DNA of 64,000 nt from Terriglobia bacterium (GCA_965206645.1 CBDBKE010000002.1:672001-736000), one strand, 5' to 3'; counted from the first letter of the stretch, positions 27,771 through 38,891 are shown. Notes: generated by a model not told the origin, from the letters alone. Numbers and translations are program-made.

Positions 27771-28040
27771 TTAGAATTCAATGCGAAAATTGCGATAAGG
27801 GCGCAATGGCGCCGGGTTTTCCTCCACCCGGGTCACGCGCGCGCCCCGGGGGCCGCGCTCCAGATGTTGCCGCAGCTCGCCGAGCTGCTCTTCGCTGCCG
27901 ATAGCGTACACTTCCACCGTCCCGTCGTAGAGGTTCTTGACGTAGCCGGGCAGGGCCAGCTGATCGGCCGCCCGCTCGACAAACCAGCGGAACCCGACGC
28001 CTTGCACGCTTCCGTGCACGCGGTAAAGGCGCGCCAACAT
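27771..28040 (-). CDS. acyP: Acylphosphatase
   Basis: VHGSVQGVGFR, GYVKNLYDGTVE. Confidence 0.95.
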   Translation of the reverse strand: MLARLYRVHGSVQGVGFRWFVERAADQLALPGYVKNLYDGTVEVYAIGSEEQLGELRQHLERGPRGARVTRVEENPAPLRPYRNFRIEF

Positions 28041-28087
28041 AACAGCTTTCTGGTGTCAGGTCTCAGTCTGCGGACACCTGGCACTTG

Positions 28088-29413
28088 CTACTTCAGCTTG
28101 TTCACGGCTTCGCGTGCGGATTTCAGGGCCTCGGCCTCCACTTCGTAGATCGCCGGTTCCTCCTCGCGGCGGGCGTAGGCTTTGTCACCGGCCTGGCCCA
28201 CTTCGACCGTCTCTTCCAGTCTCTTGTCCGCCCAGACGGCGTGGACGCGCAGCACCGGTTGGTCCAGGCCATAGTTGGCGGGCCCGGCTGCCCCCAGGCC
28301 AGCTGCCCCCAGGAACGACGTAGCCTGCAGTGCCTTCAATTTACTGAGCAGGTCAGTAACGTCAGATGCTTCGGGCGCTTTGTTGGAGCCGCTACCCTTC
28401 CACTGCTCGTCCTCCTTTTCCAACACCAAGCGGCCTTCCGGGGTGGTGGCTTCCAGGTAGGACACGCTCCAAGTGTCCATATCGAAGACGTCCTTATTCC
28501 GCAGCTCCGAATAATCCTTTGCCAATTGGGTGGCCAGACGGGATTCCACTGTGAACAGGGTGGCGCGGCCTGGGCTGCGGGCGTAGCGTGTGCCCGATTT
28601 CTCTCCGCTCACGTGCAGTTCGTGCTCGCCGCTCGAGTCCTGCACGCGGAAAATGATCTCCGGTGAGGCCAGGCCGAACCGGCGCTGCTTGCCCGTTCCA
28701 TCCTCGGCCTCCACCGCCTGCATCTTGGCGTCGGCCACCTGGCGCAGGAGGTCATTGGCGGCGAACTGGTCGGCGCGGGCCTCTACCGGAGCCATCAATC
28801 GCCAATTTCCCCTCACCTTGGCCAGCTCAAGCTTGCCGGACTTGTTCCGGAGCCAGACGTGGCTGGCCGCGGTAGTGTCAAATTTCAGTACGTTCTTTTC
28901 GCGCAGGTCGAACAGGGTCTTGCTGAAGTCGTTCCTGACGTTGCTGGGCACCGTCACGACCCGCGGCTGGTCCTTGGTCTTGGCGTAGACGGAGCCGCCG
29001 GTCGGCGTGTTGTCGCCCAGCAGAAGCGTTTGCGTGCCGCCCGGCTTGGTGAGGAACTCCACCGTCACCTGGGGCGCTTCCAGGCCATAATCCTCCAGCG
29101 ACGCCGGCTGCTCCTCGATGGTGTCGCTGGCCTCAAGCCCACTGAGAGTCCCGAGCAGGCTGGAGACGACGGAATCGTCTGCCACCACCTCCCGGGGTTC
29201 GACAATCTTCCATGTCTCGCCGTCCCGCTGGAGCTCTAAAGCCTCCCCGCCGGCAGGCCGGAGCGTGATTTGTTGGATCTCTTCGGAGTTGACGGCAAAC
29301 AGCTTGTCTTCTTCGGAACCCTCGTCGCCGTCCTCGCCACGATCGAGGAAATAGAGACTCCCCGCCAAGCCGGCCAGCAAGACGGTCGCGATGATCAGGC
29401 CCCGCAGCTTCAC
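28088..29413 (-). CDS. DUF4340-domain protein
   Basis: N-terminal TM, repeated YGLxxP units, position after a GldG-like gene. Confidence 0.85.
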   Translation of the reverse strand: MKLRGLIIATVLLAGLAGSLYFLDRGEDGDEGSEEDKLFAVNSEEIQQITLRPAGGEALELQRDGETWKIVEPREVVADDSVVSSLLGTLSGLEASDTIEEQPASLEDYGLEAPQVTVEFLTKPGGTQTLLLGDNTPTGGSVYAKTKDQPRVVTVPSNVRNDFSKTLFDLREKNVLKFDTTAASHVWLRNKSGKLELAKVRGNWRLMAPVEARADQFAANDLLRQVADAKMQAVEAEDGTGKQRRFGLASPEIIFRVQDSSGEHELHVSGEKSGTRYARSPGRATLFTVESRLATQLAKDYSELRNKDVFDMDTWSVSYLEATTPEGRLVLEKEDEQWKGSGSNKAPEASDVTDLLSKLKALQATSFLGAAGLGAAGPANYGLDQPVLRVHAVWADKRLEETVEVGQAGDKAYARREEEPAIYEVEAEALKSAREAVNKLK

Positions 29414-30819
29414 AAGTACCTGCGCCTCCACCACACCGCCACGCCGCTGGCTACCATCAGCAGCGGCAGCCCCACCACGCTCAGGTAGAAGACCCAGCGC
29501 ATCTGGCCTGCAGACAGGTTGACCCGGCGATCTTCCGGCGACTTAGGCCGCACCGAGATCAGGTCTTCGTCGGAGGAAAGCCAGTTGGCGATATTCACGA
29601 ACAGATCGCGGTTGGCGTTGAACCCCAGGTAAGCGTTGGCCGGAAAGCGCGAGCTGCCGACGACCACAAAGCGCCCTTCTTTCTTCTCGCTGCTATCCTC
29701 GCCTTCGGCAGTTCCCCCATTGCCCCCGTCCTTGCTCAGCGTTCCGGCCACCGCCAGCGGAATCGGACCCTCGGTTGCCTGCTCGCGCTCCAAGGTGATC
29801 GTTTCCATTCCTGGATTGAACCGGGTGGCCCAGCTTTCCTCTGAAGTTTCAAACAGGGTCTCGACCGTGACCCCCGTCTGGGAGTCTTCGCCGGCCTGCA
29901 CGCTGCGGGCAAACGGTATCAGCGTCGCCGTGCGGCTCAGCTCACGGGTGATGGCGTGCGACCTGTACTCGCTGATGATGGGCATGGTGGCGTCGGCGCC
30001 GAAGAGCTGATTCAGCGGGTTCAGGTCAATCACCAGGTCTTTCTTCAGCTCCACGCTCCAGCCGGCCAGCAATTCCACCAGCTTCTCCGAACCGCCGGGA
30101 CCCAGCATGAACAGGGCGCGCCCCCCGTCCTCGACAAAGCTACGCAGCGCCTCGACCTCGGGTTCCACGTACTCGGTTTCCGGTCCGGCCACCACTACCA
30201 CCGAGCAGTCCTCGGGCACCTTTGCCTGGCGCAGCAGCGAGATGGACTTGACGGCATAGCGGGAGTTCTCCAGGGCCTCCTTGGCCCCGCTGAGGCCTTG
30301 CCGCTCCGTGTCGTCCACTCCGTGCTCGCCGTGCCCTTCGACGAAGCAGACATTCTTGGTGCCTGTTTTCAGCAGCCGGATCAGGGTGTTGGTGATGCTC
30401 TCCTCTTCCAGCAGGGTGGCTTCCTCGCGCTTGTCGCCCGAGGTGAGAACGATGGTCCCGTAGGTCGTGATCTCGTATTGCCTGGCGATCGCCGGCTTGC
30501 GGTCCGGGTCCACGTACTCGACCGAAAGTCGCGGCGAGAGGTGGTTGTAGTTCTCCAGCAGGTCCCGGGCTTGGTTGAACTGGTCGTTGCGGTCGAAGTA
30601 ATGAATCGTCACTTCGCGGTCCAGGCCGCCGACGATCTTGCGCGTCTGGTCCGAGAGGCTGAAGCGTTTGGTGGAGGTCAGGTCCCAACTCTTACTGGCG
30701 TGGCGGTTGACGGCCCAATTGGCCAGCGTCACCAGCGCCAACACCACCAGCACGTAAGCCGCCGTGTAGGCGCCGTACTTCGTTTGCCGTTTCCGGAGCC
30801 AGGAAAAGCTCGGTCTCAT
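29410..30819 (-). CDS. GldG-like ABC transporter auxiliary protein
   Basis: WDLT..KRFSLSDQT, YVDPD, GHGE, NRDLFVN..NWL, C-terminal TM. Confidence 0.9.
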   Translation of the reverse strand: MRPSFSWLRKRQTKYGAYTAAYVLVVLALVTLANWAVNRHASKSWDLTSTKRFSLSDQTRKIVGGLDREVTIHYFDRNDQFNQARDLLENYNHLSPRLSVEYVDPDRKPAIARQYEITTYGTIVLTSGDKREEATLLEEESITNTLIRLLKTGTKNVCFVEGHGEHGVDDTERQGLSGAKEALENSRYAVKSISLLRQAKVPEDCSVVVVAGPETEYVEPEVEALRSFVEDGGRALFMLGPGGSEKLVELLAGWSVELKKDLVIDLNPLNQLFGADATMPIISEYRSHAITRELSRTATLIPFARSVQAGEDSQTGVTVETLFETSEESWATRFNPGMETITLEREQATEGPIPLAVAGTLSKDGGNGGTAEGEDSSEKKEGRFVVVGSSRFPANAYLGFNANRDLFVNIANWLSSDEDLISVRPKSPEDRRVNLSAGQMRWVFYLSVVGLPLLMVASGVAVWWRRRYL

Positions 30820-30823
30820 AGCC

Positions 30824-31591
30824 TCAGCCCCTCCACCGCAGGGATTCCAGAGAACGCTGGGTCAGGAAGACCCCCAGGAAGATCACGCTCAGGTAATAGA
30901 CCACGTCGCGCAGGTCAATCACGCCTTTGGCGAAATTCTCCAAGTGTGTGGTCATCGAGATGTAGCTGGCCACCTGGCCCACCGTGCTGCTGGAATAGGC
31001 GCTGACCCAGTCGAGGACCCAGAGCATCAGGAAGAGGCCGAACGTCAGCGAGCCGGCCACGATCTGGTTGCGGGTGAAGGTGGACAGCAGCATGCCGAGC
31101 GAGAGGAAAGCGGCCCCCATCAGCGCTACTCCCAGGAAACCGGCCGCTACCGGTTTCCAGTCGGCATCACCACGAATGAACACCACGGCCAGGTTCGCCA
31201 GGACCAGGCCCATGATGGCGGCGTAGAGGACGAAGGCGGCCAGCAACTTGCCCAGGATCAGTTCCAGGTCTCGCACCGGCGAGGTGAGCAGCAGCTCGAT
31301 GGTGCCGCTGCGCTTCTCTTCGGCGTAGAGTCGCATGGTGATCATAGGTATCAGGAACAAGCTGATGACACTCACGTTCATCAGCAGGGGCCGGATGACG
31401 AACTCATTGACGTTCATCGGGAGACCGCGCCCCATCATTTGCGATTGCATCCCGCGCTGCACGAAGAAGGCCAGGGCACTGTAAAAGAAGAAGCCAAAGA
31501 TCACCGCGCTGATAGCCAGCACGATGTAAGCGATCGGAGAGGTGAAGTAGGTCTTCAGCTCCTTGCGCGCAATCGTCATGATGTTTCTCAC
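30824..31591 (-). CDS. ABC-2 permease (GldF-like)
   Basis: KELKTYFTSPIAY, TMRLYAEEKRSGTIELLLTSP. Confidence 0.92.
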   Translation of the reverse strand: MRNIMTIARKELKTYFTSPIAYIVLAISAVIFGFFFYSALAFFVQRGMQSQMMGRGLPMNVNEFVIRPLLMNVSVISLFLIPMITMRLYAEEKRSGTIELLLTSPVRDLELILGKLLAAFVLYAAIMGLVLANLAVVFIRGDADWKPVAAGFLGVALMGAAFLSLGMLLSTFTRNQIVAGSLTFGLFLMLWVLDWVSAYSSSTVGQVASYISMTTHLENFAKGVIDLRDVVYYLSVIFLGVFLTQRSLESLRWRG

Positions 31592-32628
31592 TTCCCTGCC
31601 TCCTCGCCCGCTTCTTCTTTCTCTTCCGGTTCCGACGCCGGTGCCGGAAGACCAGTCTCCGCAGCTGCCTTGGTTTTTCCTTCACTTTGCTCAGGCGTCT
31701 CCGAACGGGTCAGCTCCAGGAAGACTTCCTCCAGGCTCAGCCCCAGCGGGCGGAGTTCCAGCAGGCTCCAGCCGCTCTGGACCACGGCGCGGGCCAGCTC
31801 GCCGCGAAGTTCCTGGCCCCTGGCGACCTCAATTTCGAAGGCCGGACGATGGTCCGACCGCCCGTGTGGCTTCAACTGGATGACTCCTGTAAGCTGCTCG
31901 AGCCGCTCACGAACGTCCGCGGCCGGCCCTTCCACCTGCAGGTACAGCCTCTCGTGGCCTTGCAGCCGGGCAGTTAGGTTTTCCGGAGTATCCACTGCCA
32001 CCAGCTTTCCAGCGTTAATGATGATGATGCGCTGGCAGATGGCCGACACCTCCGACAGGATGTGGGTGCTGAGAATGACGGTGTGCTCGCCTCCCAGACT
32101 CCTGATCAACTCCCGGGTCTCAATAATTTGCTTCGGGTCGAGCCCGGCGGTTGGCTCGTCCAGCACCAGAACTGCGGGCTGGTGAATCAGAGCCTGAGCC
32201 AGCCCGACGCGCTGTCGGAAGCCCCGGGAGAGTTTCCCAATCAAAGTCTTGCGAACCTCGCCCAGGGCGCATTTCTCGACCACGTCGTCCAGGCGCCCGG
32301 CTAGGGCTTGCCGCGGGACGCCTTTGATGCGAGCCACAAACGTCAGGTACTCGGTGACGCTCATCTCCGGATACAGCGGCGGCAGCTCCGGCAGGTAGCC
32401 GATACGGCGCTTCACTTCCAGAGGTTGCGCCAGCACGTCAAAGTCGGCGACGCGTGCACGGCCACTGGTAGGCGGCAGAAAACAGGTGAGCACGCGCATG
32501 GTGGTGGTCTTGCCCGCGCCGTTGGGACCCAGGAAGCCCAGGATTTCGCCGCCGCCTGCCTCAAAGCTAATGTTGTCCACCGCCAGGGTACGACCGAAGC
32601 GCTTCGACAGTCCTTCCGCTTGAATCAT
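31588..32628 (-). CDS. ABC transporter ATP-binding protein (GldA-like)
   Basis: GPNGAGKTT, LSRGFRQR, LDEPTAGLDP, STH. Confidence 0.95.
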   Translation of the reverse strand: MIQAEGLSKRFGRTLAVDNISFEAGGGEILGFLGPNGAGKTTTMRVLTCFLPPTSGRARVADFDVLAQPLEVKRRIGYLPELPPLYPEMSVTEYLTFVARIKGVPRQALAGRLDDVVEKCALGEVRKTLIGKLSRGFRQRVGLAQALIHQPAVLVLDEPTAGLDPKQIIETRELIRSLGGEHTVILSTHILSEVSAICQRIIIINAGKLVAVDTPENLTARLQGHERLYLQVEGPAADVRERLEQLTGVIQLKPHGRSDHRPAFEIEVARGQELRGELARAVVQSGWSLLELRPLGLSLEEVFLELTRSETPEQSEGKTKAAAETGLPAPASEPEEKEEAGEEAGK

Positions 32629-32810
32629 CCTCTATTGCCTTTTTGAATCCGTGCTCCGTCGGACCGGCGGCTTGGTAACCATCGGCCCAGCGCTAGCATA
32701 ACGGCTCCAGTGAATACCCCGGAGCCCCAGAACAGGTGAGGAAACCTATGCTATTGAAAAGCCGGCCCGCTGTAAAGAGAGCCATTAGGGGATTGGCTCG
32801 AAGGAGACAC

Positions 32811-34058
32811 CTACGCTCGGTACCCGCGGGCGGCAATTGGCCAAACCGCCTCGACCCGCTCCTTGCGGACCGCATAGAGCTGATCGTAGAGATTGATGCT
32901 GGGGTCGCAGTGGGGGATGAGAAACTCCAGCCGGTCGCCCAGGCGAACTTCGCGCTCGGCCCCGCTGAGGTCGAGGCGCCCGTGCTCGTCTCCCGCCCAG
33001 GAGTACTGGATCCCCTGCAGGCTGACGCACTCCGGCCCGAAGCTGCGGTCGGTGGAGAAAGCTTTCAAGCCCGCGTCCAGAATGGCCACGTCCGGCGAGG
33101 GCCGGCTGATGACGGTAGCCACCACTGTTAGCGAGGGTGCGAAGTCTGCGTACACCTCGCCGCTCTGTCCACCGATGAGGCGGTAGTCCACGTCCATGAA
33201 GACGTAGGAGCCGGGCTGCAGTTCGGTGACGCCCTCCATGGTCGAATCAATGTTGTAGGTGCCGGTGCTACCGCCGCTCAGCAGCGGCACTTCAAAACCG
33301 GCCTTCTCCAGGAGGTGGCGCGTCTCCACTGCCGGAGCCATCGCCGCCAGGGAAACCTCACGGCGGCTGTCAAACCCGATGGTGTGGGACGCCTGGCCAG
33401 CGTAGGCCTGGATGCCGCCTAGCTTCAGCCGGGGCAGGCGCGCGATTTCCTTTACAAGCTCGACCGCAGGCGGACCCGGAGTCACGCCGGTGCGGCCTGC
33501 CACATTCAGGTCGAGCAACACGTTCAGGTCCACGCGCGCGGCCGAGGCAGCTTCAGAAAGCTCGCGAGCGCCGGCGGTGCTGTCGACAATGACCATCAGG
33601 TCGCGATGGGCGGCAGCCAGTTTCATGAGCCGCTTCAGCTTCGGCTTGCCCACTAGCTCTCCGGTAATCAGCAGGCCCGGGATTCCGTGAGCCGCCATCA
33701 CTTCTGCCTCGTGCAACGTAGCCGCACAGATGCCTGCTGCTCCGGAGGCGATCTGCGCCTTCGCGATCTCGGGGCATTTGTGCGTCTTGGCGTGCGGGCG
33801 AATCGCTCGTTTGGCACCCTTCAGGTGGGCAGCCATCCGGGCCACGTTCTGCTCGAAGGGGTGCAGGTCCAGCAGCAGGGCCGGGGTGGCCAGGTCGTGC
33901 TTGCTCAACTTGCCTGCTTCCATAGCTCTCCGGGTCTCCCGCGCGCGCAAGCCTGGCTGGGGGCTTCTGCGGGCCACCGCTGCGGGCGCCGCCACAATGG
34001 ATAACGAAGAGGCCAGGAACAGCCGCCGGGAACTACCAGAACCGTGATCGCGGAACAT
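32811..34058 (-). CDS. DSD1/D-threonine aldolase-family PLP enzyme with Tat-like leader
   Basis: RPHAKTHK, GGSTGT, ELQPGSYVFMD, DEHG, HCDPSINL. Leader SRRLFL. Confidence 0.92.
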   Translation of the reverse strand: MFRDHGSGSSRRLFLASSLSIVAAPAAVARRSPQPGLRARETRRAMEAGKLSKHDLATPALLLDLHPFEQNVARMAAHLKGAKRAIRPHAKTHKCPEIAKAQIASGAAGICAATLHEAEVMAAHGIPGLLITGELVGKPKLKRLMKLAAAHRDLMVIVDSTAGARELSEAASAARVDLNVLLDLNVAGRTGVTPGPPAVELVKEIARLPRLKLGGIQAYAGQASHTIGFDSRREVSLAAMAPAVETRHLLEKAGFEVPLLSGGSTGTYNIDSTMEGVTELQPGSYVFMDVDYRLIGGQSGEVYADFAPSLTVVATVISRPSPDVAILDAGLKAFSTDRSFGPECVSLQGIQYSWAGDEHGRLDLSGAEREVRLGDRLEFLIPHCDPSINLYDQLYAVRKERVEAVWPIAARGYRA

Positions 34059-34178
34059 TTTAGCTTTCTCCCTCCGCCCTGCACTGTGCAGCTATTGTAG
34101 CTTCCCTTTCAAGATTTAAAAGTCTGGTTGAATCATGCGCCGGCGGGAGTCAAGCCGATCTAGTCGCCGGAGAAGTCC

Positions 34179-35191
34179 TTACCGTTGAGTTGAAGCTGGA
34201 TCATGACGTTCATTTGCGAGGGCACGACCCGGCAATACGTTCGGGAGGATCTTCCCGCGATCCACTACTATTTTTCCTGCGACTAGGAGGTACTTCACGC
34301 CCACGCTTGGTTCGCTGGGTGACTCGTAGGTGGCGCGGTCGGCAATTGTTTCTGGATCGAAGATGACAATATCAGCGTCCGCGCCTTCCTGGAGACGACC
34401 CTTCTTCCGCGCCGCAGCCGTTGCGCGCTCGAGCCTCATGGCCGGCATCAGTGACATTTTCCGAATTGCATCCATCAGGGTCAGCCTTTGCTGCGACCGC
34501 ACATAGCGCGCAATGACACGGGCATAGGTTCCGGCATTGCGGGGATGATCCGTAAGCCCGTCGCTCGCGACCATGACCAGCGGATGCAAGATGACCGTAT
34601 CAACGATCGTGTCAGGATTCAGAAGGATAAGAACCGTTCGCGGTTCGGGCGAGGCGTGGAGGCGCTCGAAGCTTTCCTTGGTCAATGGTTCACCCGTGTC
34701 GGGCAGCCGCAGATCCTTGTAGTCGATTCCAAACTTTTCACGCCAGCCAGGGTTGAACAGGGCTGAATTGATGGCTGTCATCCCTGCTCTACAAGGATAG
34801 CCTTCCGTGGTCACGTCAAGCCCTCGGGCCCGGGCGCCTTCAATCAGGCGGAGGCACGGGACCGCATCTTTCAAACAGCTGCTATTGATGTGCACGATGT
34901 GCAGAGATGCCCCGCTGACGGCAGCGGCAGCGATCACTTCGCCAACGGCTTCAATGCTGGAGCCAGGCTCCACTCTGCCAGCACTCCGAACATGCGCGCA
35001 GACAGACACACTCCGCTCGGCTGCAATCCGGAAGATCTCGATCACTTCTGATCGGGTGGCGCCGGGGACATACGCGATCCCCATCCCGATACCCAACGCC
35101 CCGGCATCGAGCTCAGCTCGGAGTGAATCTCCCATGCGCTCCAGTTGCTCCGAGGTTGCTGGCTCATTCGTTGCGGAACCGGATTGCGGGA
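34179..35191 (-). pseudogene. Amidohydrolase (D-aminoacylase-like), 5' part lost at IS junction
   Basis: ASDG..HPR.AGT, KGRLQEGADADIVIFDP. The N-terminal HxH region is missing and the gene abuts the IS3 end. Confidence 0.85.
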
Positions 35192-36434
35192 CTGACCAGA
35201 CCGATTTTTTGTACCAACCGTAGTGAGAGTTCACATCGCAGCCTGGGGCTGTGAAACTGGTTTCAGTGGCAGGGGAGGGCTATAGGCCCCCGGCGCCGGG
35301 GGCCTATAGCCGAGCGCCGAGTGCGGCCGCACCGTGTTGTATTGCACCCTCCACTGTTCAATCACCACCTGTGCCTCCTTCAACGAGTAGAAGATCTCTC
35401 CATTCAGGCATTCGTCCCGCAGCTTCCTATTGAAACTCTCGCAGTACCCGTTCTCCCAGGGACTGCCCGGTTCGATGTACAGTGTCCCGGTCCCTAGATT
35501 TGTGGCGCAGTTGTTTGGCGATGAACTCGGGACCATTGTCGGATCGAATCTGTTCCGGTATCCCTCGCCACAACATCACGTCCGACAACGCCTCAATGAT
35601 TTGTTGGCTGCCCATCCTCCGCTCCACCCGGATCGCCAGGCATTCCCGCGTGTACTCATCCAGCAAGGTCAGCAGCCGCAGCGTTCTCCCCTCGTGCGTT
35701 CTGGCACTCATGAAGTCGTAGCTCCACACGTGGTTCGGTCGCTCCGGCCTCAGTCGTACACAGGAACCGTCGTTCAGCCACAGCCGTCCTCGCGGCCTTT
35801 GTTTTTGCGGCACTTTCAGCCCTTCCCGCCGCCAAATCCGCTGCACCCGGTCCTTGCCCACTTCCCAGCCCGCACTCCGCAGCAACGCTGTGATCCTCCG
35901 GTAGCCATATCGCCCGTACTTCGCTCCCAGGGCAATGATCGCTCGGGTCAGAGCATCCTCGTCCACCCGATGAATCGGCTCGTATCGTTGTGTCCCTCGC
36001 CATTGCCCCAGCAGCCGGCAGGCATGCCGTTCCGACAACCCGTGTTGCTCCCACGCACGCTCCACCACACAACGCCGCCGCTCAGGGCTCAGAAGTTTCC
36101 CTGTGCCACATCCCGCAGTACCTGCTTCTCCAGAGAAAGCTCCGCTACCAACCGCTTCAGCCGCGTGTTTTCCTTCTCCAACTCCTTTAGCCGTTTCGCC
36201 TGCACCACCTTCAGCCCGCCGTATTCCTTCCGCCACCGGTAGTAGGTTTGGGTGTGGATTCCAGCTTCTTTGCAGGCTTGGGGCGCAGTCTTCCCGTTCC
36301 CCATCTGCACTTCTATCTGCCGTAGCACCGCTACAATCTGCTCCGGCTTGTAACTCCTTGTCGGCATGACCTCACTTCCTCCTCAAGTGGATTCTCTCTC
36401 TTTCCACTTGGTACAAAAAGTGCCGGTCAGGTCA
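35192..36434 (-). mobile_element. IS3-family element copy 1, with 8-bp deletion in orfB (defective)
   Basis: Near-identical to 53019-54269. orfA at 36089-36367. Lacks GTGGTTGG near 35503, which frameshifts the DDE domain. Confidence 0.93.
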
Positions 36435-36938
36435 CGCCCAATCTACTAGTTCGCAGATGAGTGCCGGCTGGTCCCCATAGGCAAGGGAATAGACAGTACC
36501 AGCGGAAACTGCACGACGCGCCAGCAGCGGGCCGGCCAACGCATCCGCTTCCACGTTCACCATGACGATGTGCTTGCCGTGGTGGCTACACGCGAGCGCG
36601 TGCCTGATGCCTGCAGTCGGGTTGCCTGTGGCATCGATGACGACCTCAGGGCCGTCGGCCACGATTAGGCTCAGCGCGTCATCGGTAAGGTAGGTGGTGC
36701 CACGTTGTAGCGCTTCCGAGAGCCTATCCGCGTTGAATTGCTCCTTAGGCCAGCCGACCCGGGTAAGGGACTCGCGAGCACGCGATGGAACCAGATCGGC
36801 GACTGCAACCACGGGCAGGCCAGGCGTACGGCGCGCCTGCGAGAGGAACATGGAACCGAACTTGCCCGCGCCGAGCAGTGCAACGCGCACTGGTTTTCCT
36901 TCCTCGGCTCGGCGCCTAAGCAGGTAGTTGAGATTCAT
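36435..36938 (-). pseudogene. Homoserine dehydrogenase-like/SAF-domain oxidoreductase, 3' truncated by IS
   Basis: GAGKFG, DATG, MVNVEAD, AYGDQPALICELVDWA. The stop codon comes from the IS end. Confidence 0.85.
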
Positions 36939-37631
36939 ACGTTTTCGCCTACCATCATCGAGGCGTGCAACCCCCAGCCACGCATTTGCGGTTGGATGAC
37001 GACAAAATTGGGCCTAGGTAACATCACTGGCCGCTTTAGCATCCCCTTCCTTAACCTACCAATCTGTAAGCCAGGTAATGCAAGTTCCCGAAAGACCAGG
37101 AGTTGCATCGGACTTGGCAGATTAGACCTCACTAGTTGGTCAGCGTTTACCTATGCTGCCACGCAGGCCACTTGGATATATAGCGCGCTAACCGGACAAG
37201 TGCCCGGATCCCCTCCGGGGAAGTAGCCCTCGCGCACAAGGCCGATAGTCCCCACAAACGGGCCGATTGCAGTTCTACACAGAGTTTATGAATAAGCTTG
37301 TAGATATCACACGGCTCGGCCATCTCGATTCCGTTTTGCACACGTATTTGAAGCGAATGTTTAGCAGCTAAACGGACAAGCGAAGACGTCTGAGTCATTA
37401 GAGGCCTAAGAGGCCTATCGCTGGCTACTACCTTTCTGGAAGCCGGGCGGGCTGCCGGGGGCGATAGGAGGATTGACGCCCCCTACTCCCCCTTCGCCCA
37501 CCCAAGCGTGGATTTCCCTCCGATTTGCTCTCAAGCCGAAGCCAGACAAACCGGTACTAGTCGCCGCTGTCAATTGGCTTGGTTTTTCTGTGTGTTGTCC
37601 TACTGAGTTGTTTGCTTTGGTAGTCTTTGCA

Positions 37632-37679
37632 GGCCTTTTAAGCCGAGGGTCCTGGGTTCGAGTCCCAGCCGCCTCACCA
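37632..37679 (+). repeat. 48-bp duplication of the tRNA-Lys 3' half (att-like)
   Basis: GGCCTTTTAAGCCGAGGGTCCTGGGTTCGAGTCCCAGCCGCCTCACCA is the exact reverse complement of 55148-55195. Confidence 0.92.
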
Positions 37680-37999
37680 CGATTCTCTCGGAAATACACC
37701 CAACCCGCCGACCCAGACCGTCGAGATTACAAATCCCGGCGGTAGCACCATACCGTGGACGGCGGAAAGCAAGACCACGACTGGTTGACTAGTCCGGGCC
37801 CGGGAATGGCGCTTCTGGCACTTGGCTGGTTGCCATCGTCTTAGTCGAGATGGACTCCAGTTCCATCCTTGCCCGCAAGCCATATTCCGAGAAACGCAAA
37901 GGGCAAGGGTCCAACCGTGCGGAAATCCTTGGACTGCTCGTACCTTGCCGTGAGCCTCGGGGTTGCTTTTTATTGGTGCGTGAAGGATGATGCGCTCGC

Positions 38000-38791
38000 A
38001 TGAAGCTTTCCCTGTCGCTGGAAATGATTTTTACGGGGGAGCCGTACGTCCAGCGCGTGGCCCGGGCTGCCTCACTGGGCTTCCAGGGAGTGGAATTCTG
38101 GCACGCCGAGGAGAAGAACCTCGACGAACTAAAAGCGGCTGCCACCGCAGCAGGTGTGGAGATTGCGACTTTCACCGCGAACCACCAAGCGTCCTTGGTG
38201 GACGAACGCGACCGGGAAGCGTTGTTGAAAGAGGTCGGCGATGCGCTGGAGATCGAGAGGCGCCTGGGGTGCGGTGGACTGATGTTGCAGACCGATGTAC
38301 TGCATCCGGATGGAAGCTCGGCTGCGGATCAGCGAATTACCCCTGCGGCTCGAAATGCCAGCGTAGTCGCCGGGTTGAGAGCGCTGGCGCCGCTGGCAGA
38401 ACGGGCCGGCTGTGCGCTATGGCTGGAGCCACTCAACACCCGCCGCGATCACCCGCGAAATTCCCTCTCAAGTAGCGAGGCGGCCCTGGAAATCTTGGAG
38501 GAAGTGGGCCATCCTTCGATCCGCTGGCTGCTTGACTGCTACCACATGGCGCTGATGGGCGAGGATGTATGCGCCATGATACGACGTGGTTTCCCTTTGC
38601 TCGACCATGTCCATGTCGCCGGCACAGCGGAGCGCGGCGAACTGGACCGCAGCGAGCTTGACTACCGCCGCGTGGCCGAGACACTCCGGTCCCTCGACTA
38701 CCGTGGCTTTGTGACCCTGGAGTTTGCGCCGCGCGGTCCGGAGGAAGCCGCTGTGCGCCGCGGCGTCGAGATCCTTACGGGCGGCGCCTGA
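38000..38791 (+). CDS. Hydroxypyruvate isomerase-like TIM-barrel isomerase/epimerase
   Basis: GFQGVEFW, LEPLN, LDCYHM, HVHVAG, LEF. Confidence 0.88.
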   Translation: MKLSLSLEMIFTGEPYVQRVARAASLGFQGVEFWHAEEKNLDELKAAATAAGVEIATFTANHQASLVDERDREALLKEVGDALEIERRLGCGGLMLQTDVLHPDGSSAADQRITPAARNASVVAGLRALAPLAERAGCALWLEPLNTRRDHPRNSLSSSEAALEILEEVGHPSIRWLLDCYHMALMGEDVCAMIRRGFPLLDHVHVAGTAERGELDRSELDYRRVAETLRSLDYRGFVTLEFAPRGPEEAAVRRGVEILTGGA

Positions 38792-38891
38792 CGCCAAGCC
38801 ATTGACCGCGGCGCCTACGAGGTCTCCGATGATACGGGCATCATCTGAGTGATCAGCATCAACATCAAAGGGCACAGAAAGGAGGATAACC

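Noticed and set aside
28088-32628. Gld-like ABC operon as a gliding-motility system
   Set aside because: The GldA/F/G-like plus DUF4340 cluster is widespread in non-gliding bacteria, and no other motility genes are present in the window.
36940-37620. Short ORFs in the AT-richer stretch before the att copy (e.g. 37147-37398)
   Set aside because: No motif or clear RBS. Probably island debris that cannot be supported as genes.
37632-37679. A second functional tRNA-Lys
   Set aside because: The 5' acceptor strand and D-arm are missing, so only the 3' half is present.
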